A DNA stretch of 64,000 nucleotides, taken from positions 1,792,001 to 1,856,000 of the forward strand of contig OZ243927.1 of NCBI GenBank assembly GCA_965213925.1, given 5' to 3'. Origin of the DNA: Trueperaceae bacterium (GTDB taxonomy: Bacteria; Deinococcota; Deinococci; Deinococcales; Trueperaceae). Below are positions 1 through 9,255 of the stretch, piece by piece; within the stretch, counting starts at the first letter, position 1; each line of letters opens with the position of its first letter. A program made the translations under genes and the position numbers. Below the pieces are notes generated by a model. That model was not told where the DNA came from. It ran no database searches and saw only the letters and a list, made by a program, of their open reading frames with translations.

Positions 1-381
1 CTGCCCATCACCACGCTGATTTTCCGCAACTTCTACGCGGAGATTCCCGACGAGATGTTGGAAGCCGCTAAGATTGACGGCGCAGGCTTTTTTGGGCTGT
101 ACCGCCGCATCATCTTTCCGCTCTCTATTTCGGGTTTCGTCGTCGTCATCATCTGGCAATTCACGCAGGTCTGGAACGAATTCCTTTTTGCCGTCACCTT
201 GACGCGGCAGAGTTCACAGCCGATTACGGTAGCGCTCGCGCAGCTTGCGGGGGGGCAAGCGGTAGACTGGAACTTGCCGATGGCTGGAGCGATTTTAGCG
301 GCGCTGCCGACGCTCTTAATTTATATTATTTTAGGGCGTTACTTCATCCGGGGTTTGCTGGCGGGGTCGGTTAAGGGGTAG
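1..381 (+). CDS. Carbohydrate ABC transporter permease (5' truncated by the window edge)
   Basis: Frame is open from base 1; EAA motif ([12 protein letters not shown]) and WNEFL/QPITVAL motifs of MalG-type permeases. Confidence 0.9.
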   Translation: MPITTLIFRNFYAEIPDEMLEAAKIDGAGFFGLYRRIIFPLSISGFVVVIIWQFTQVWNEFLFAVTLTRQSSQPITVALAQLAGGQAVDWNLPMAGAILAALPTLLIYIILGRYFIRGLLAGSVKG

Positions 382-559
382 CTCGTGCTCCGACTTAGGG
401 TTGCGCAACCTTCTTGAGAGGTGCGTTATTACAGCGCGCTCTGGGCCTACTGAAAGAATCGTAAAATACTTGTGCCACCAAGGGAAGTTGAGCGTTGTTG
501 AGCACCTTTCGTGCAAAGTGTCAATGGGAAACATCGGTTGGCGAGTAGGCGGCGGAATT

Positions 560-968
560 CTGGCGGATTGAGTTCGGCGTTGTAGCTCATGTTTAATGTG
601 CGTTGTCCCGATGAGCGCGTCGTGGGCTCGGTTCGACCAAAGGCGCAAGAGGTCTAAGGAGGTGAACTCGAGCGTTATAGCAAGTATCATTTGGTTTGAG
701 CCAGTCTTACGCTGGAGAACACCGACGAGCACGCATATTCTTGAATGAAATCCCGCTAGTTCTTCGAACTGAGACTTGCGCTATTCCAATTCAGTACTTC
801 TGTGAACTGCTTTAGATAGCACCCTTCGGGTTCTTCGACGTGCGTAAGCTGCTTCACCGCGATAAACCCCTCGAACGAGCGGAGCGCGTTGGCGGTTTCC
901 TCTAGTCAAATTGGAAAGTAATCGTATCCCTCTTTGCTCAAAAAATGCTGAACATAGACGAGAATCAT
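560..968 (-). pseudogene. Probable ABM/dimeric alpha-beta barrel protein pseudogene, interrupted by a nonsense codon and a 135-bp insertion
   Basis: ATG at 968 reads MILVYVQHFLSKEGYDYFPI*LEETANALRSFEGF...PEGCYL; removing 678-812 and one TA copy rejoins it to TLEFTSLDLLRLWSNRAHDALIG. The 3' end is uncertain. Confidence 0.55.
678..812. mobile_element. Possible MITE or IS remnant (135 bp) flanked by TA
   Basis: TA at 676-677 and 813-814; imperfect inverted termini (TAGCAAGT vs AAGCAGTT); splits a coding frame. Confidence 0.4.
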
Positions 969-981
969 TCGGTATGAGCGC

Positions 982-1512
982 TTAGAGCCACACGTGAACG
1001 TGCTCAGGAAAGGCTAAGGGCGCAAACGCTTCGCCAAAAGGAACCTCAAAAACTGTTTCGTATCGCTCGCCTTTGGGCTCGCGGTGAATGGTCCACCGTT
1101 CGGCGCTAATATCAGCTACCCAGTAATTTTTGATACCGACCCTCGCGTAGATACTGCGTTTGCGACCTAAAAGCTTGAGAGAGGTGTTGGCGACTTCGAT
1201 CAGCAAAAAGATGTCCGCTGGCTTGGGTCGCGTCACAGAATAGTCCCTCCGTTGAACAAGAGCCACATCAGGCTGCGGCAACCATTCAGGCAACTCTACA
1301 TCCACTGAATTCTGAACGCGCACCAGTGCCTGTTCATAGAAGGTGTGAGCAAGTTTCTCGGTTAGCACATCAATAGAAAATTCATGCTTAGGGTCGGGAG
1401 GGCTCATGTCAACGATCATCCCACCAAGAAGTTCAACACGTTGGTCCTCAAAAAGCCCCGCGTTGACCATGACCATAAAGTCGTCTACGGTGAAAGAGTG
1501 AGGTTTAAGCAT
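982..1512 (-). CDS. Uma2 (DUF820) family endonuclease-like protein
   Basis: RVELLGGMIVDMSP, PQPDVA, LLIEVANTS, YARVGIKNYWV motifs; TAAAAT 5 nt upstream of ATG 1512. Confidence 0.88.
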   Translation of the reverse strand: MLKPHSFTVDDFMVMVNAGLFEDQRVELLGGMIVDMSPPDPKHEFSIDVLTEKLAHTFYEQALVRVQNSVDVELPEWLPQPDVALVQRRDYSVTRPKPADIFLLIEVANTSLKLLGRKRSIYARVGIKNYWVADISAERWTIHREPKGERYETVFEVPFGEAFAPLAFPEHVHVWL

Positions 1513-1657
1513 GAGGTATTTTAGCATTTCAGCTAGTCAGCACAGGTGAAGGCTAAGAGTCTACTGAGCTTTGCTCTAACCTGTGTCAGGTTTTCGCTCC
1601 TGACTCGCTGAAGTCCAGTCATACCCGAAGGGCACAGGGCTGGATGAACGATGCTGA

Positions 1658-2587
1658 CTAGCTGACCGGCTCCCCTACCCAATCCCTCGGCTGTAAAAAC
1701 GAAAGCATTTCCGCTTCTGGCGTGCCCGCTTCGGGCTGATAACCGAAGGTCCAGTGCGCGTAAGGGGGCATACTCATCAAAATCGCTTCGATATTGCCGT
1801 TGGTCTGCAAGCCGAAGAGCGTGCCCCGGTCATACACAAGGTTGAATTCGACGTAGCGCCCGCGCCGGTAGAGTTGCCACTGTCTTTCGCGTTCACCGTA
1901 AGGAACATTCATGCGCTTGCGAACGATGGGCGGGTACGCCTCTAAAATCGTCTGAATGCCGTCCTCGACAAACGCAAAATTCGTCTCCCAATCGCCCTCT
2001 TTGACGGGTGAAAGCTCGTCGAAGAAGATACCGCCGATGCCCCTCATCTCGTGGCGGTGCTTGATATAGAAGTAGCGGTCGCACGTCTCTTTGAGTGTCT
2101 CGTAGTCGCCTACCGGATGACGGTCGCACTGCGCTTTGAGCGTTTGGTGAAAGTGAATAGCATCTTCGGTAAAGGGATAGTTCGGCGTCATGTCTGCGCC
2201 GCCGCCGAACCACCACACCTCGCTCTCGTCACCTGCTTCGCCCACTTCGAAATAGCGGTAATTCGCGTGAAAAGCAGGCGCATAAGGGTTACGTGGGTGT
2301 AAAACCATCGAGATACCCGTTACAAAATAGGGTTTGCCGTCGGTACCGGGATGCTGCGCGGCGAGGCTCGGCGGAACTTGGTCGCCCTGAATAACGGAGT
2401 AGTTGACACCCGCGCGCTCAAAGACGTTGCCGCCCTCCAAGACTCTCGCCCAGCCGCCACCGCCACCTGGACGCGTCCAGGTGTGCGGCTTGAATGTACC
2501 CTCGCCGTCAATCTCTTCGAACGTAGCGATAAGTTTCTCTTGTCCCTCACGCATGAGGGCGACGACGCGCTCGCGGCGAGTGGACAT
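1658..2587 (-). CDS. hemF: Oxygen-dependent coproporphyrinogen III oxidase
   Basis: WWFGGGADMTP, RGIGGIFFD, RRGRYVEFNLVYDRGTLFGL motifs. Confidence 0.97.
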   Translation of the reverse strand: MSTRRERVVALMREGQEKLIATFEEIDGEGTFKPHTWTRPGGGGGWARVLEGGNVFERAGVNYSVIQGDQVPPSLAAQHPGTDGKPYFVTGISMVLHPRNPYAPAFHANYRYFEVGEAGDESEVWWFGGGADMTPNYPFTEDAIHFHQTLKAQCDRHPVGDYETLKETCDRYFYIKHRHEMRGIGGIFFDELSPVKEGDWETNFAFVEDGIQTILEAYPPIVRKRMNVPYGERERQWQLYRRGRYVEFNLVYDRGTLFGLQTNGNIEAILMSMPPYAHWTFGYQPEAGTPEAEMLSFLQPRDWVGEPVS

Positions 2588-3000
2588 CAGTTGAGCCTTT
2601 CTGAATAGAGGTCAAGCGGCAGATGTTCCGCGAAATAGGTAAAATCTCTGTCCGTCGTGAGCAAGGGCAAATCATGATTGATCGCCTGAGCGCAAACCAA
2701 GAAGTCAGCCGCCGAGCCCTGAATCCCTTTGACGCGGCAGGTGTTATAGCATGTTGCAGCCGTAAGGTGATCGTGGCTACTTGCGAGGAGGTCAGGAAAG
2801 CCTCCTAAAACTGAAAGAAATTTGTCGAAGCGCCCTGACTCTTTGATACCAGACAGTAACTCTTGCTTAACGATACCGAGCATCTGCACGCGCTGTTCAC
2901 GGATAAGTTTTTTTAGCGCGGTAACCTCTAGTTCAGGGCGGTTGCGCTGCCGTAAAAAGAGTGACCACACCGAGGTGTCAACGATGACCTTCACCGCCAC
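2587..3000 (-). CDS. vapC: PIN-domain toxin (VapC family)
   Basis: VIVDTSVW, QELLSG, DFLVCA, LLTTDRDF PIN motifs. Confidence 0.9.
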   Translation of the reverse strand: MAVKVIVDTSVWSLFLRQRNRPELEVTALKKLIREQRVQMLGIVKQELLSGIKESGRFDKFLSVLGGFPDLLASSHDHLTAATCYNTCRVKGIQGSAADFLVCAQAINHDLPLLTTDRDFTYFAEHLPLDLYSERLN

Positions 3001-3002
3001 AC

Positions 3003-3203
3003 TTACCGCCTTTGTCGCTGTTTTTTGTAGTCGTAATCGTCGTAATACTCAATTTGCCCCTCGAGTTCCAATATCTCCAACTGCTTGTGATGCTCGATAA
3101 ACGCTCTAAGCGCCTGGTTGACCGTTTCCTTTTTGGTTTTGAAGTCGCCTAGTTTTTGCGCCTCGAGCAGCAATTCGTCGTCAATCTGTAAGTTCGTCGC
3201 CAT
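3003..3203 (-). CDS. vapB: VapB-family antitoxin
   Basis: MATNLQIDDELL...KTKKETVNQAL RHH-type antitoxin directly upstream of the PIN gene. Confidence 0.88.
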   Translation of the reverse strand: MATNLQIDDELLLEAQKLGDFKTKKETVNQALRAFIEHHKQLEILELEGQIEYYDDYDYKKQRQRR

Positions 3204-3232
3204 GCCTGATTTTATCACACAACGTATTGTGT
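3204..3232 (-). promoter_or_regulatory. vapBC leaderless promoter with operator palindrome
   Basis: -10 TAAAAT 5 nt before the ATG; palindrome ACACAA-cgta-TTGTGT at 3217-3232. Confidence 0.6.
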
Positions 3233-3249
3233 AAGCTCGAGCCGACCTC

Positions 3250-4272
3250 TTACTGCGCTAAAACCGTACGCCTGTCAAACGCCTTCACCGTCTCCACCAA
3301 ATGCTTGACCTTCTCGGGGTCGGTCTGCTTCATAATGCCGTGCCCTAGGTTAAAAATGTGCGCGCCGCCCAAGCCTTCACGCAGCACACGCTCCGCCTCC
3401 TCGGTCACGACCTCTTCGGGCGCGAGTAAAACGGCGGGGTCCAAGTTGCCCTGCAAGGTCTTACCGGGCAGCAGCGGTCTCACTTGCGAGAGCGGCACGC
3501 GCCAGTCCACACTCACCACTTCACAGGCGAGGTCTTTGATTTCGTTGTAGAGGTGCAGCGCGTCCACGGCGATGTAGAGACGCGGAATGTCGTAAGAGGC
3601 GAGGACGTCAAAGACACGTTGATTGTAGGGCTTGGCGAATTCGGCGTAAGTTCGCGCGGTATGCAGCCCCGCCCAGGAGTCGAAAAGCTGCACGGCTTGT
3701 GCGCCCGCTTCGATCTGCATCGTAAGATATCGAATCGAGACCTCGGTGAGTTTCTCTAGCAACCTATGCGCCGCCTGGGGTGCGTAGCGCAAAAATTGCC
3801 GGAAGTCCTCGTAGTCTTTCGAGCCGCCGCCCTGAATCATGTAGGTCGCGAGCGTCAGCGGTGCGCCGCCAAAGCCGATGAGGGGGACCGGAGCGTCAGC
3901 GCGGATGAGTTTAATCGCATCGGCAACGTAGGGCGCAATCTCGTCCTTTTCAGGAACATGCAGGGCGTCTACTGCCCCTTCTGAGCGTACCGGCTCCTCG
4001 AAAACGGGACCGGGGCGAAAGTCGATTTTCACGCCCATCGGCGGCAGCGGCGTCATGATGTCTTGAAAAAGAATAGCGGCGTCTAGCCCGAAGCGGCGAA
4101 CCGGTTGCAGGGTGATTTCGGCGGCCAATTCGGGCGTGCGGCACATCTCCCAGAAGTTGGACTTCTCTTTGATGGCGCGGTATTCGGGTAGGTAGCGCCC
4201 AGCTTGGCGCATGATCCAGATGGGGGCGCGGGGGGTGTCTGCGCCGTTGGCAGCGTCTAAAAATAAGCTCAT
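3250..4272 (-). CDS. hemE: Uroporphyrinogen decarboxylase
   Basis: PIWIMRQAGRYLPEY, LQGNLDP, HIFNLGHG motifs. Confidence 0.97.
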   Translation of the reverse strand: MSLFLDAANGADTPRAPIWIMRQAGRYLPEYRAIKEKSNFWEMCRTPELAAEITLQPVRRFGLDAAILFQDIMTPLPPMGVKIDFRPGPVFEEPVRSEGAVDALHVPEKDEIAPYVADAIKLIRADAPVPLIGFGGAPLTLATYMIQGGGSKDYEDFRQFLRYAPQAAHRLLEKLTEVSIRYLTMQIEAGAQAVQLFDSWAGLHTARTYAEFAKPYNQRVFDVLASYDIPRLYIAVDALHLYNEIKDLACEVVSVDWRVPLSQVRPLLPGKTLQGNLDPAVLLAPEEVVTEEAERVLREGLGGAHIFNLGHGIMKQTDPEKVKHLVETVKAFDRRTVLAQ

Positions 4273-5663
4273 ACCTCGATTCTTTCAGGTTTGAGGGCGC
4301 GTTGCATAGCGCTCCAGGCACGCTCTACATTGCGCTGTTCGGTTCGCCAGTTGCTAATAGAGATGCGAATTGCCGGTGTACCGAAGAGGTCTGTGGGCGT
4401 CAGAAAGACCTCGCCCGCGTCACTCAACCTCTTCAAATAAGCACTGATGTTGTCAAAAGTAGGTTCGCCGCTCAAGGTGAAGCAGACGCCGTTCATCTGC
4501 ACGGGCGCGAGCAGTTCGAAGTCGGAAGAGGTCCCTAACCATTCCCCCATTTGCTCAGCTAAGTCACAGCAGCGCTCCACCATCTCACGGTAGCCTTCTC
4601 TCCCATACGCTTGCAGCGTCATCCAGGCACTTAGGGCGCGTAGACGCCTCGAGTTCTCCGGCGTGAGGTGCACGAAGTTCGGCTCATCAGAGGGGTTGCC
4701 CAAATAGACGGCGGCGTTTTGAAAGACTTCGGTTTGTAGCGCTTTGTGATGTGTAAAGAGGACACCGGAGTCGTAAGGAACGTTGAGCCATTTGTGGTTG
4801 TCCACCGTGATCGAGTCAGCGTGCTCCCAACCTGCAACGAGGTGCGTGGTTTTTGAAGACACTGCTGCAAAGCCACCAAACGCGCCGTCTACATGGAGCC
4901 AGAAGGGGTACTTTTCTTTCAACTCAGCAACCTCAGCAATGTCGTCGTAATCTACGGTATTGACCGTGCCCGCGCTCGCGACCACGATGCAGGGTTGTTG
5001 GAGTGACTCGAGCCGCCTCTCCAACGCCGTCACATCCACCGCTTCACGCCCTTCTAAACAGGCAACTTTCTCCACGCTCTTTCGTCCCATTCCCAACATC
5101 GCCAGCGCTTTATATACGGATGAGTGCGCCGTTCCTGCCAATACAGGGATAGGCTCGAGCAAGCCCTCTTCCGCTACGTCTACACCGCGCTCTTTGCCCA
5201 CCCACTGCCGCGCCAATGCCAAGCCCGTAAAGTTCGACATCGTCGCGCCCGTGACGAACGCGCCGCTGAAGCCTTCCGGTAAACCGAATAGCTCGCGGAG
5301 CATGGCTATGGTCTCGAGTTCGACAAGGGGCGCAACCGAGTCGCCGTAGCCCGTCGCGTTCTGGTCGAACGCCGAGGTGAGCCAGTCGCCCGCTAGTGCC
5401 GCAGGCGTCGCGCCGCCCGTTACGAAACCGAAATAGCGCCCCCCTGCACTGCCTGAAAGCCCGTCGCCGTAGCGGGTCATGAAGTCTGAGAGCGCTTTCT
5501 CCGCACCTAGTCCTTCGGTCGGAAGAGGTCTGTAGTCCTGTTCTTTTGGAGAAACGGCGACGCTTCTATCCTCTAAAGAGGTCAGGAAGTCGGTGGCAGT
5601 GTGAAGGGTGTGCTCCAAGAAGTCAGGGAAAGTGTCTTTATCGTATTGCAAATGTTTATTCAT
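4269..5663 (-). CDS. Group II PLP-dependent amino acid decarboxylase
   Basis: GRYFGFVTGG, HVDGAFG, DSITVDNHKWLNVPYD (PLP lysine). Confidence 0.9.
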   Translation of the reverse strand: MNKHLQYDKDTFPDFLEHTLHTATDFLTSLEDRSVAVSPKEQDYRPLPTEGLGAEKALSDFMTRYGDGLSGSAGGRYFGFVTGGATPAALAGDWLTSAFDQNATGYGDSVAPLVELETIAMLRELFGLPEGFSGAFVTGATMSNFTGLALARQWVGKERGVDVAEEGLLEPIPVLAGTAHSSVYKALAMLGMGRKSVEKVACLEGREAVDVTALERRLESLQQPCIVVASAGTVNTVDYDDIAEVAELKEKYPFWLHVDGAFGGFAAVSSKTTHLVAGWEHADSITVDNHKWLNVPYDSGVLFTHHKALQTEVFQNAAVYLGNPSDEPNFVHLTPENSRRLRALSAWMTLQAYGREGYREMVERCCDLAEQMGEWLGTSSDFELLAPVQMNGVCFTLSGEPTFDNISAYLKRLSDAGEVFLTPTDLFGTPAIRISISNWRTEQRNVERAWSAMQRALKPERIEV

Positions 5664-5669
5664 AGCGGT

Positions 5670-6143
5670 TCAATTCTCCTGAGACAACTCGAGCAAAAGC
5701 TCACCAGACTGCGAGCTTATCCAGCTACCCTTTTTGAGAAAGACCGTCCACGTAGGGTGTTCCTCCTCTAAACCAAAGGATTTAACCCATGTGTCATCTG
5801 ACAGTTCTACAACCAACTCGGGCAACCGACCTTCGGTAGAGAGACTGCGCACCAATTTTCCTTTGAGGCTTGCTAAACCTTTCTCTCGCTTGGTAACGCA
5901 ACTACGGCTCGAGAACCAAATGGTGTTGCCTTTCTCGACGCGCCAGTGATGCTCGAGCATTACCCTGGCTTCGCTCTTGTAGAAGCTTCGACCCGCTCGA
6001 AACGTATGCTTTGTGAGATCACCAAAGTGAAATAGAGCAGTTGTGTAGTAGCCTTCGTGCGTTCTCGAAATGGGTAGACCAATAATAGGTTGCGTAAGAG
6101 TAAGAAATTCTTGCCGAGAGATTTTTTTACTCTTAGACATCAT
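5670..6143 (-). CDS. Hypothetical protein
   Basis: ORF overlapping the response regulator stop; starts MMSKSKK; no recognised family. Confidence 0.6.
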   Translation of the reverse strand: MMSKSKKISRQEFLTLTQPIIGLPISRTHEGYYTTALFHFGDLTKHTFRAGRSFYKSEARVMLEHHWRVEKGNTIWFSSRSCVTKREKGLASLKGKLVRSLSTEGRLPELVVELSDDTWVKSFGLEEEHPTWTVFLKKGSWISSQSGELLLELSQEN

Positions 6144-6882
6144 CCCGTCCTTCCGGCGTAAACTTGTACCCCACGCCCCACACCGTGTGAAAGTAGACCG
6201 GGCTCGAGGGTTCTGGCTCGAAAAGCTTACGCAGCCGCACCACGAAGTTGTCCACGGTGCGGCTACTCGGGAAGGCGTCGTCGCCCCAAACCTCATCCAA
6301 GATGTCATCGCGGCTCACCACCTCCCCTTCCCGTTCAGCGAGGAGCTTGAGAATGCCCAATTCGCGCTCGCCCAGAGGTTCGTTCGTGCCATTTGCCAAC
6401 GCTGCCGTCCAGGTGCGGAAGTTGACCTCATGCCCGCCAAACGCGAGAGTCGCCTCGGTTGGACGCTCATCCTGAACTTGCCTACTCTGCGCCTCACGCC
6501 CCCAATCTTGGCGGCGCAACATGTTCTGCACGCGGAGCAAAAATTCGGGCAGGTGAAAAGGTTTAGGGAGGTAGTCGTCACCCCCGGCGAGAAGCCCCTG
6601 CACGCGGTCTTCAGGTTGACCTTTGGCGCTCAAAAAGAGGACGGGCGTCGTATCGCCGCCCTCGCGCATCGTTTTACAGACCTCGTAGCCGCTTTTGTAG
6701 GGCAGCATCACATCCAGCACAACGAGGTTCGGCTGGAGGGTGCGCCACGTCTGCAAGCCCGCGTCGCCGTCAGGCGCGACCTCCACGTCATAGCCTTCTT
6801 CGCTCAAGTTTTCAGCCAAGATGTCCGCGATGGTGGGTTCGTCTTCGATAATGAGGATGGTTGAATTGGGGGATAGATTCAT
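6133..6882 (-). CDS. OmpR/PhoB-family response regulator
   Basis: IIEDE, LDVMLP, DDYLPKPF receiver motifs; winged helix RTVDNFVVRLRK...TVWGVGYKF. Confidence 0.95.
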   Translation of the reverse strand: MNLSPNSTILIIEDEPTIADILAENLSEEGYDVEVAPDGDAGLQTWRTLQPNLVVLDVMLPYKSGYEVCKTMREGGDTTPVLFLSAKGQPEDRVQGLLAGGDDYLPKPFHLPEFLLRVQNMLRRQDWGREAQSRQVQDERPTEATLAFGGHEVNFRTWTAALANGTNEPLGERELGILKLLAEREGEVVSRDDILDEVWGDDAFPSSRTVDNFVVRLRKLFEPEPSSPVYFHTVWGVGYKFTPEGRDDV

Positions 6883-6918
6883 AGTTAAATTCTCAGTTTA
6901 GAAAGCGATAAGGGCGGC

Positions 6919-6959
6919 GAGCAATGAGTTGAAAGTAAAAAACTTTCAACTCATTGCTC
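6919..6959. repeat. Perfect 18-bp inverted repeat (REP-like), copy 1
   Basis: GAGCAATGAGTTGAAAGT-AAAAA-ACTTTCAACTCATTGCTC. Confidence 0.8.
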
Positions 6960-8094
6960 ATCGCTCGGACCTCATTGCTGTCTTTTCTATCACCGAAGTA
7001 GCAGCGGACGCCCCAACGCGCTTCGGAAACACCACGCTAAAGCGGCTTCCCTTACCCGTCGCGGGGTTAGGCGACTCGCAGCGCACCCAACCGTTCATCG
7101 CTTCGGTGAGAGACTTGACGAGGTGGAGCCCCAAGCCGACACCTGTAGACTCGCGGGTCAGCTCGTTGCCGACGCGGTAGAACTTGTCGAACACGCGCCG
7201 CACCTCTTTGGGGTCTAAACCGACGCCCTCATCCTCCACGTGAATAGCGGCGACGTGCCGCTTCGCCTCGAGGCGCACGCGCACGCGCTTTTCATGACCA
7301 CTGTATTTAGCGGCGTTGTCCAAGAGGTTGTTGAGGACGATACTGAGCGCGTTGAGGTCGAGAGAGACGGGAAGTGGGCTGCCGGTATAAGTGGTCTCGA
7401 GCACGACCCCCCGCGCCTCCAAACTGCCGCGCATCTGACTCACGATGCTCTGCACAGCGCTGTTGAGTTCGGTCTCTTGCAGGGGTTGGGTGGTGCGCTG
7501 CTCGAGCCTAGCCGACGCTAAGACCTGCTCGCTGGTCGCCTCTAAGCGGGTCAGCTCGCGCTCCATGCGCTCTAAATAGTCGCGCTGCTTCTCGGGCTTG
7601 AGGGAGCGGTAGAGCGCCGTTTCGACGAGCAGACGGAGGGTGCTGAGAGGCGTCTTGAATTCGTGACTCACTGCATTCAAAAAGTTTTGCTGCCGCCTTT
7701 TTAGTTCGCGCTCCGCTCGCAAGCTCATGGCGATGATGAAAAGACCTGTTAGGACGACGAGACCGAAGAACGGACCTTCAAAGGCGAACATGCGGATGTA
7801 GCCGCGCTGCTCGCTGGTGAAGGTCTGCACAGCGGTTCTATCCAGCACAAAACGCCCCTCCTGGAACGCCAAGTGCGGGTAGTCTCGCTGGACCTCTTTA
7901 ATCAGCGCAGCGTCCCTCGGCGAACGTTCTAAGAGCGCATTGACCGCCGCCGCATCTTGCCGCCAATTCTTCAGCGTTGCCTCCGTCACGCCGCCGATGT
8001 AACGCGCCTGAAAGATGATCCACCAGACCACCTGCGCCAACACGAACACGATAATGACGCCAAAAGCGATGCGGGTGACGCGGCGGGAGGTCAT
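6958..8094 (-). CDS. Membrane sensor histidine kinase
   Basis: Two TM segments; H-box AVSHEFKTPL, N-box NLLDNAAKY, G boxes DEGVG and GVGLGL. Confidence 0.95.
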   Translation of the reverse strand: MTSRRVTRIAFGVIIVFVLAQVVWWIIFQARYIGGVTEATLKNWRQDAAAVNALLERSPRDAALIKEVQRDYPHLAFQEGRFVLDRTAVQTFTSEQRGYIRMFAFEGPFFGLVVLTGLFIIAMSLRAERELKRRQQNFLNAVSHEFKTPLSTLRLLVETALYRSLKPEKQRDYLERMERELTRLEATSEQVLASARLEQRTTQPLQETELNSAVQSIVSQMRGSLEARGVVLETTYTGSPLPVSLDLNALSIVLNNLLDNAAKYSGHEKRVRVRLEAKRHVAAIHVEDEGVGLDPKEVRRVFDKFYRVGNELTRESTGVGLGLHLVKSLTEAMNGWVRCESPNPATGKGSRFSVVFPKRVGASAATSVIEKTAMRSER

Positions 8095-8145
8095 AAAAAG
8101 CGAGCAATGAGAAACGAGCAATCCAGTCGAGCTGGACGGCACGGC

Positions 8146-8206
8146 GAGCAATGAGTTAAAAGCTTTTGACTTTCACTCATTGCTCATTGCTTTTAACTCA
8201 TTGCTC
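8146..8206. repeat. 18-bp inverted repeat (REP-like), copy 2, with internal CATTGCT heptamers
   Basis: GAGCAATGAGTTAAAAGC...GCTTTTAACTCATTGCTC; extra GAGCAAT copies at about 8102 and 8116. Confidence 0.8.
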
Positions 8207-8208
8207 CT

Positions 8209-9255
8209 CTACACCCACCCCTTCTCAACCGCGTCTAAAGCATGGTAACTGATAATAAGGTCTGCTCCTGCCCGGCGAATAGAGAGCAAGCTCTCACGCA
8301 CCGCCGCCGCCTCGTCTAACGCGCCCGCCGCCGCCGCCGCTTTGAGCATGGCGTACTCGCCCGAGACGTTGTAGGCGACGACGGGCAGCGTGGTCTGTCT
8401 GCGGAGTTGCGCTAGCACATCCAAGTAGGGCAGCGCGGGCTTGACCATGAGCATGTCCGCGCCTTCGGCTTCGTCTAGGGCAGCTTCGCGCACGGCTTCG
8501 CGTGAGTTCCGGGGGTCCATCTGATAGCCCTGGCGGGTTTTTGGAGGTATCATCTCGTCCTGACCAGATGATACCTGCTTCGGCGCAGAGCCCGCTGCCT
8601 CACGAAACGGTCCATAGAAGGCGGAAGCATACTTGACCGCGTATGAGAGGATACCGACCTCTTCATGTCCCGCGTTATCTAATGCGCTGCGAATAGTGCC
8701 CACGCGCCCGTCCATCATGTCAGAGGGTGAGACCATGTCCGCGCCCGCCTCGGCGTGGACCAAAGACATCTCGGCTAAAGCGGGGAGGCTCGAGTCGTTG
8801 TCCACCTTCAAGCCTCGAGGCGTCTCCTTCAAGAGTCCGCAGTGTCCGTGGTCGGTATAGCCACATAAGCACACGTCGGTGATGAGCACCAAGTCGTCAC
8901 CGAAGGCGCGGCGCGCAGCGCGCAGGGCGTTAGGGACGGGTCCGTGCGGGTCGCGGGCGGCTCCACCTAGAGCGGTTTTTTCGCCTTGCGGAACGACGCC
9001 GAAGAGCACGGCGGATTTGATGCCGGCGTTCAGGGCGCGCTCGAGCTGCCCCAAAAGCGTATCCACGCTGAAGCGCGACACGCCGGGCAGTGCGCCAATC
9101 GGTTGCGCCTCGCCTTCTCCCGGCACGACGAAAAAGGGCATGATGAAGTGCTCGGGGCGTAAAAACGTCTCCGCGACGAGTTCGCGCATGGCGGCGCTCC
9201 CCCTTAGGCGGCGCGGGCGTTCTTTAAGCTGCATTTTCTCTCTCGTTAGCGTCAT
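8209..9255 (-). CDS. hemB: Porphobilinogen synthase (ALA dehydratase)
   Basis: DVCLCGYTDHGHCG Zn site, SPSDMMDGR, GADMLMVKPA. Confidence 0.97.
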   Translation of the reverse strand: MTLTREKMQLKERPRRLRGSAAMRELVAETFLRPEHFIMPFFVVPGEGEAQPIGALPGVSRFSVDTLLGQLERALNAGIKSAVLFGVVPQGEKTALGGAARDPHGPVPNALRAARRAFGDDLVLITDVCLCGYTDHGHCGLLKETPRGLKVDNDSSLPALAEMSLVHAEAGADMVSPSDMMDGRVGTIRSALDNAGHEEVGILSYAVKYASAFYGPFREAAGSAPKQVSSGQDEMIPPKTRQGYQMDPRNSREAVREAALDEAEGADMLMVKPALPYLDVLAQLRRQTTLPVVAYNVSGEYAMLKAAAAAGALDEAAAVRESLLSIRRAGADLIISYHALDAVEKGWV

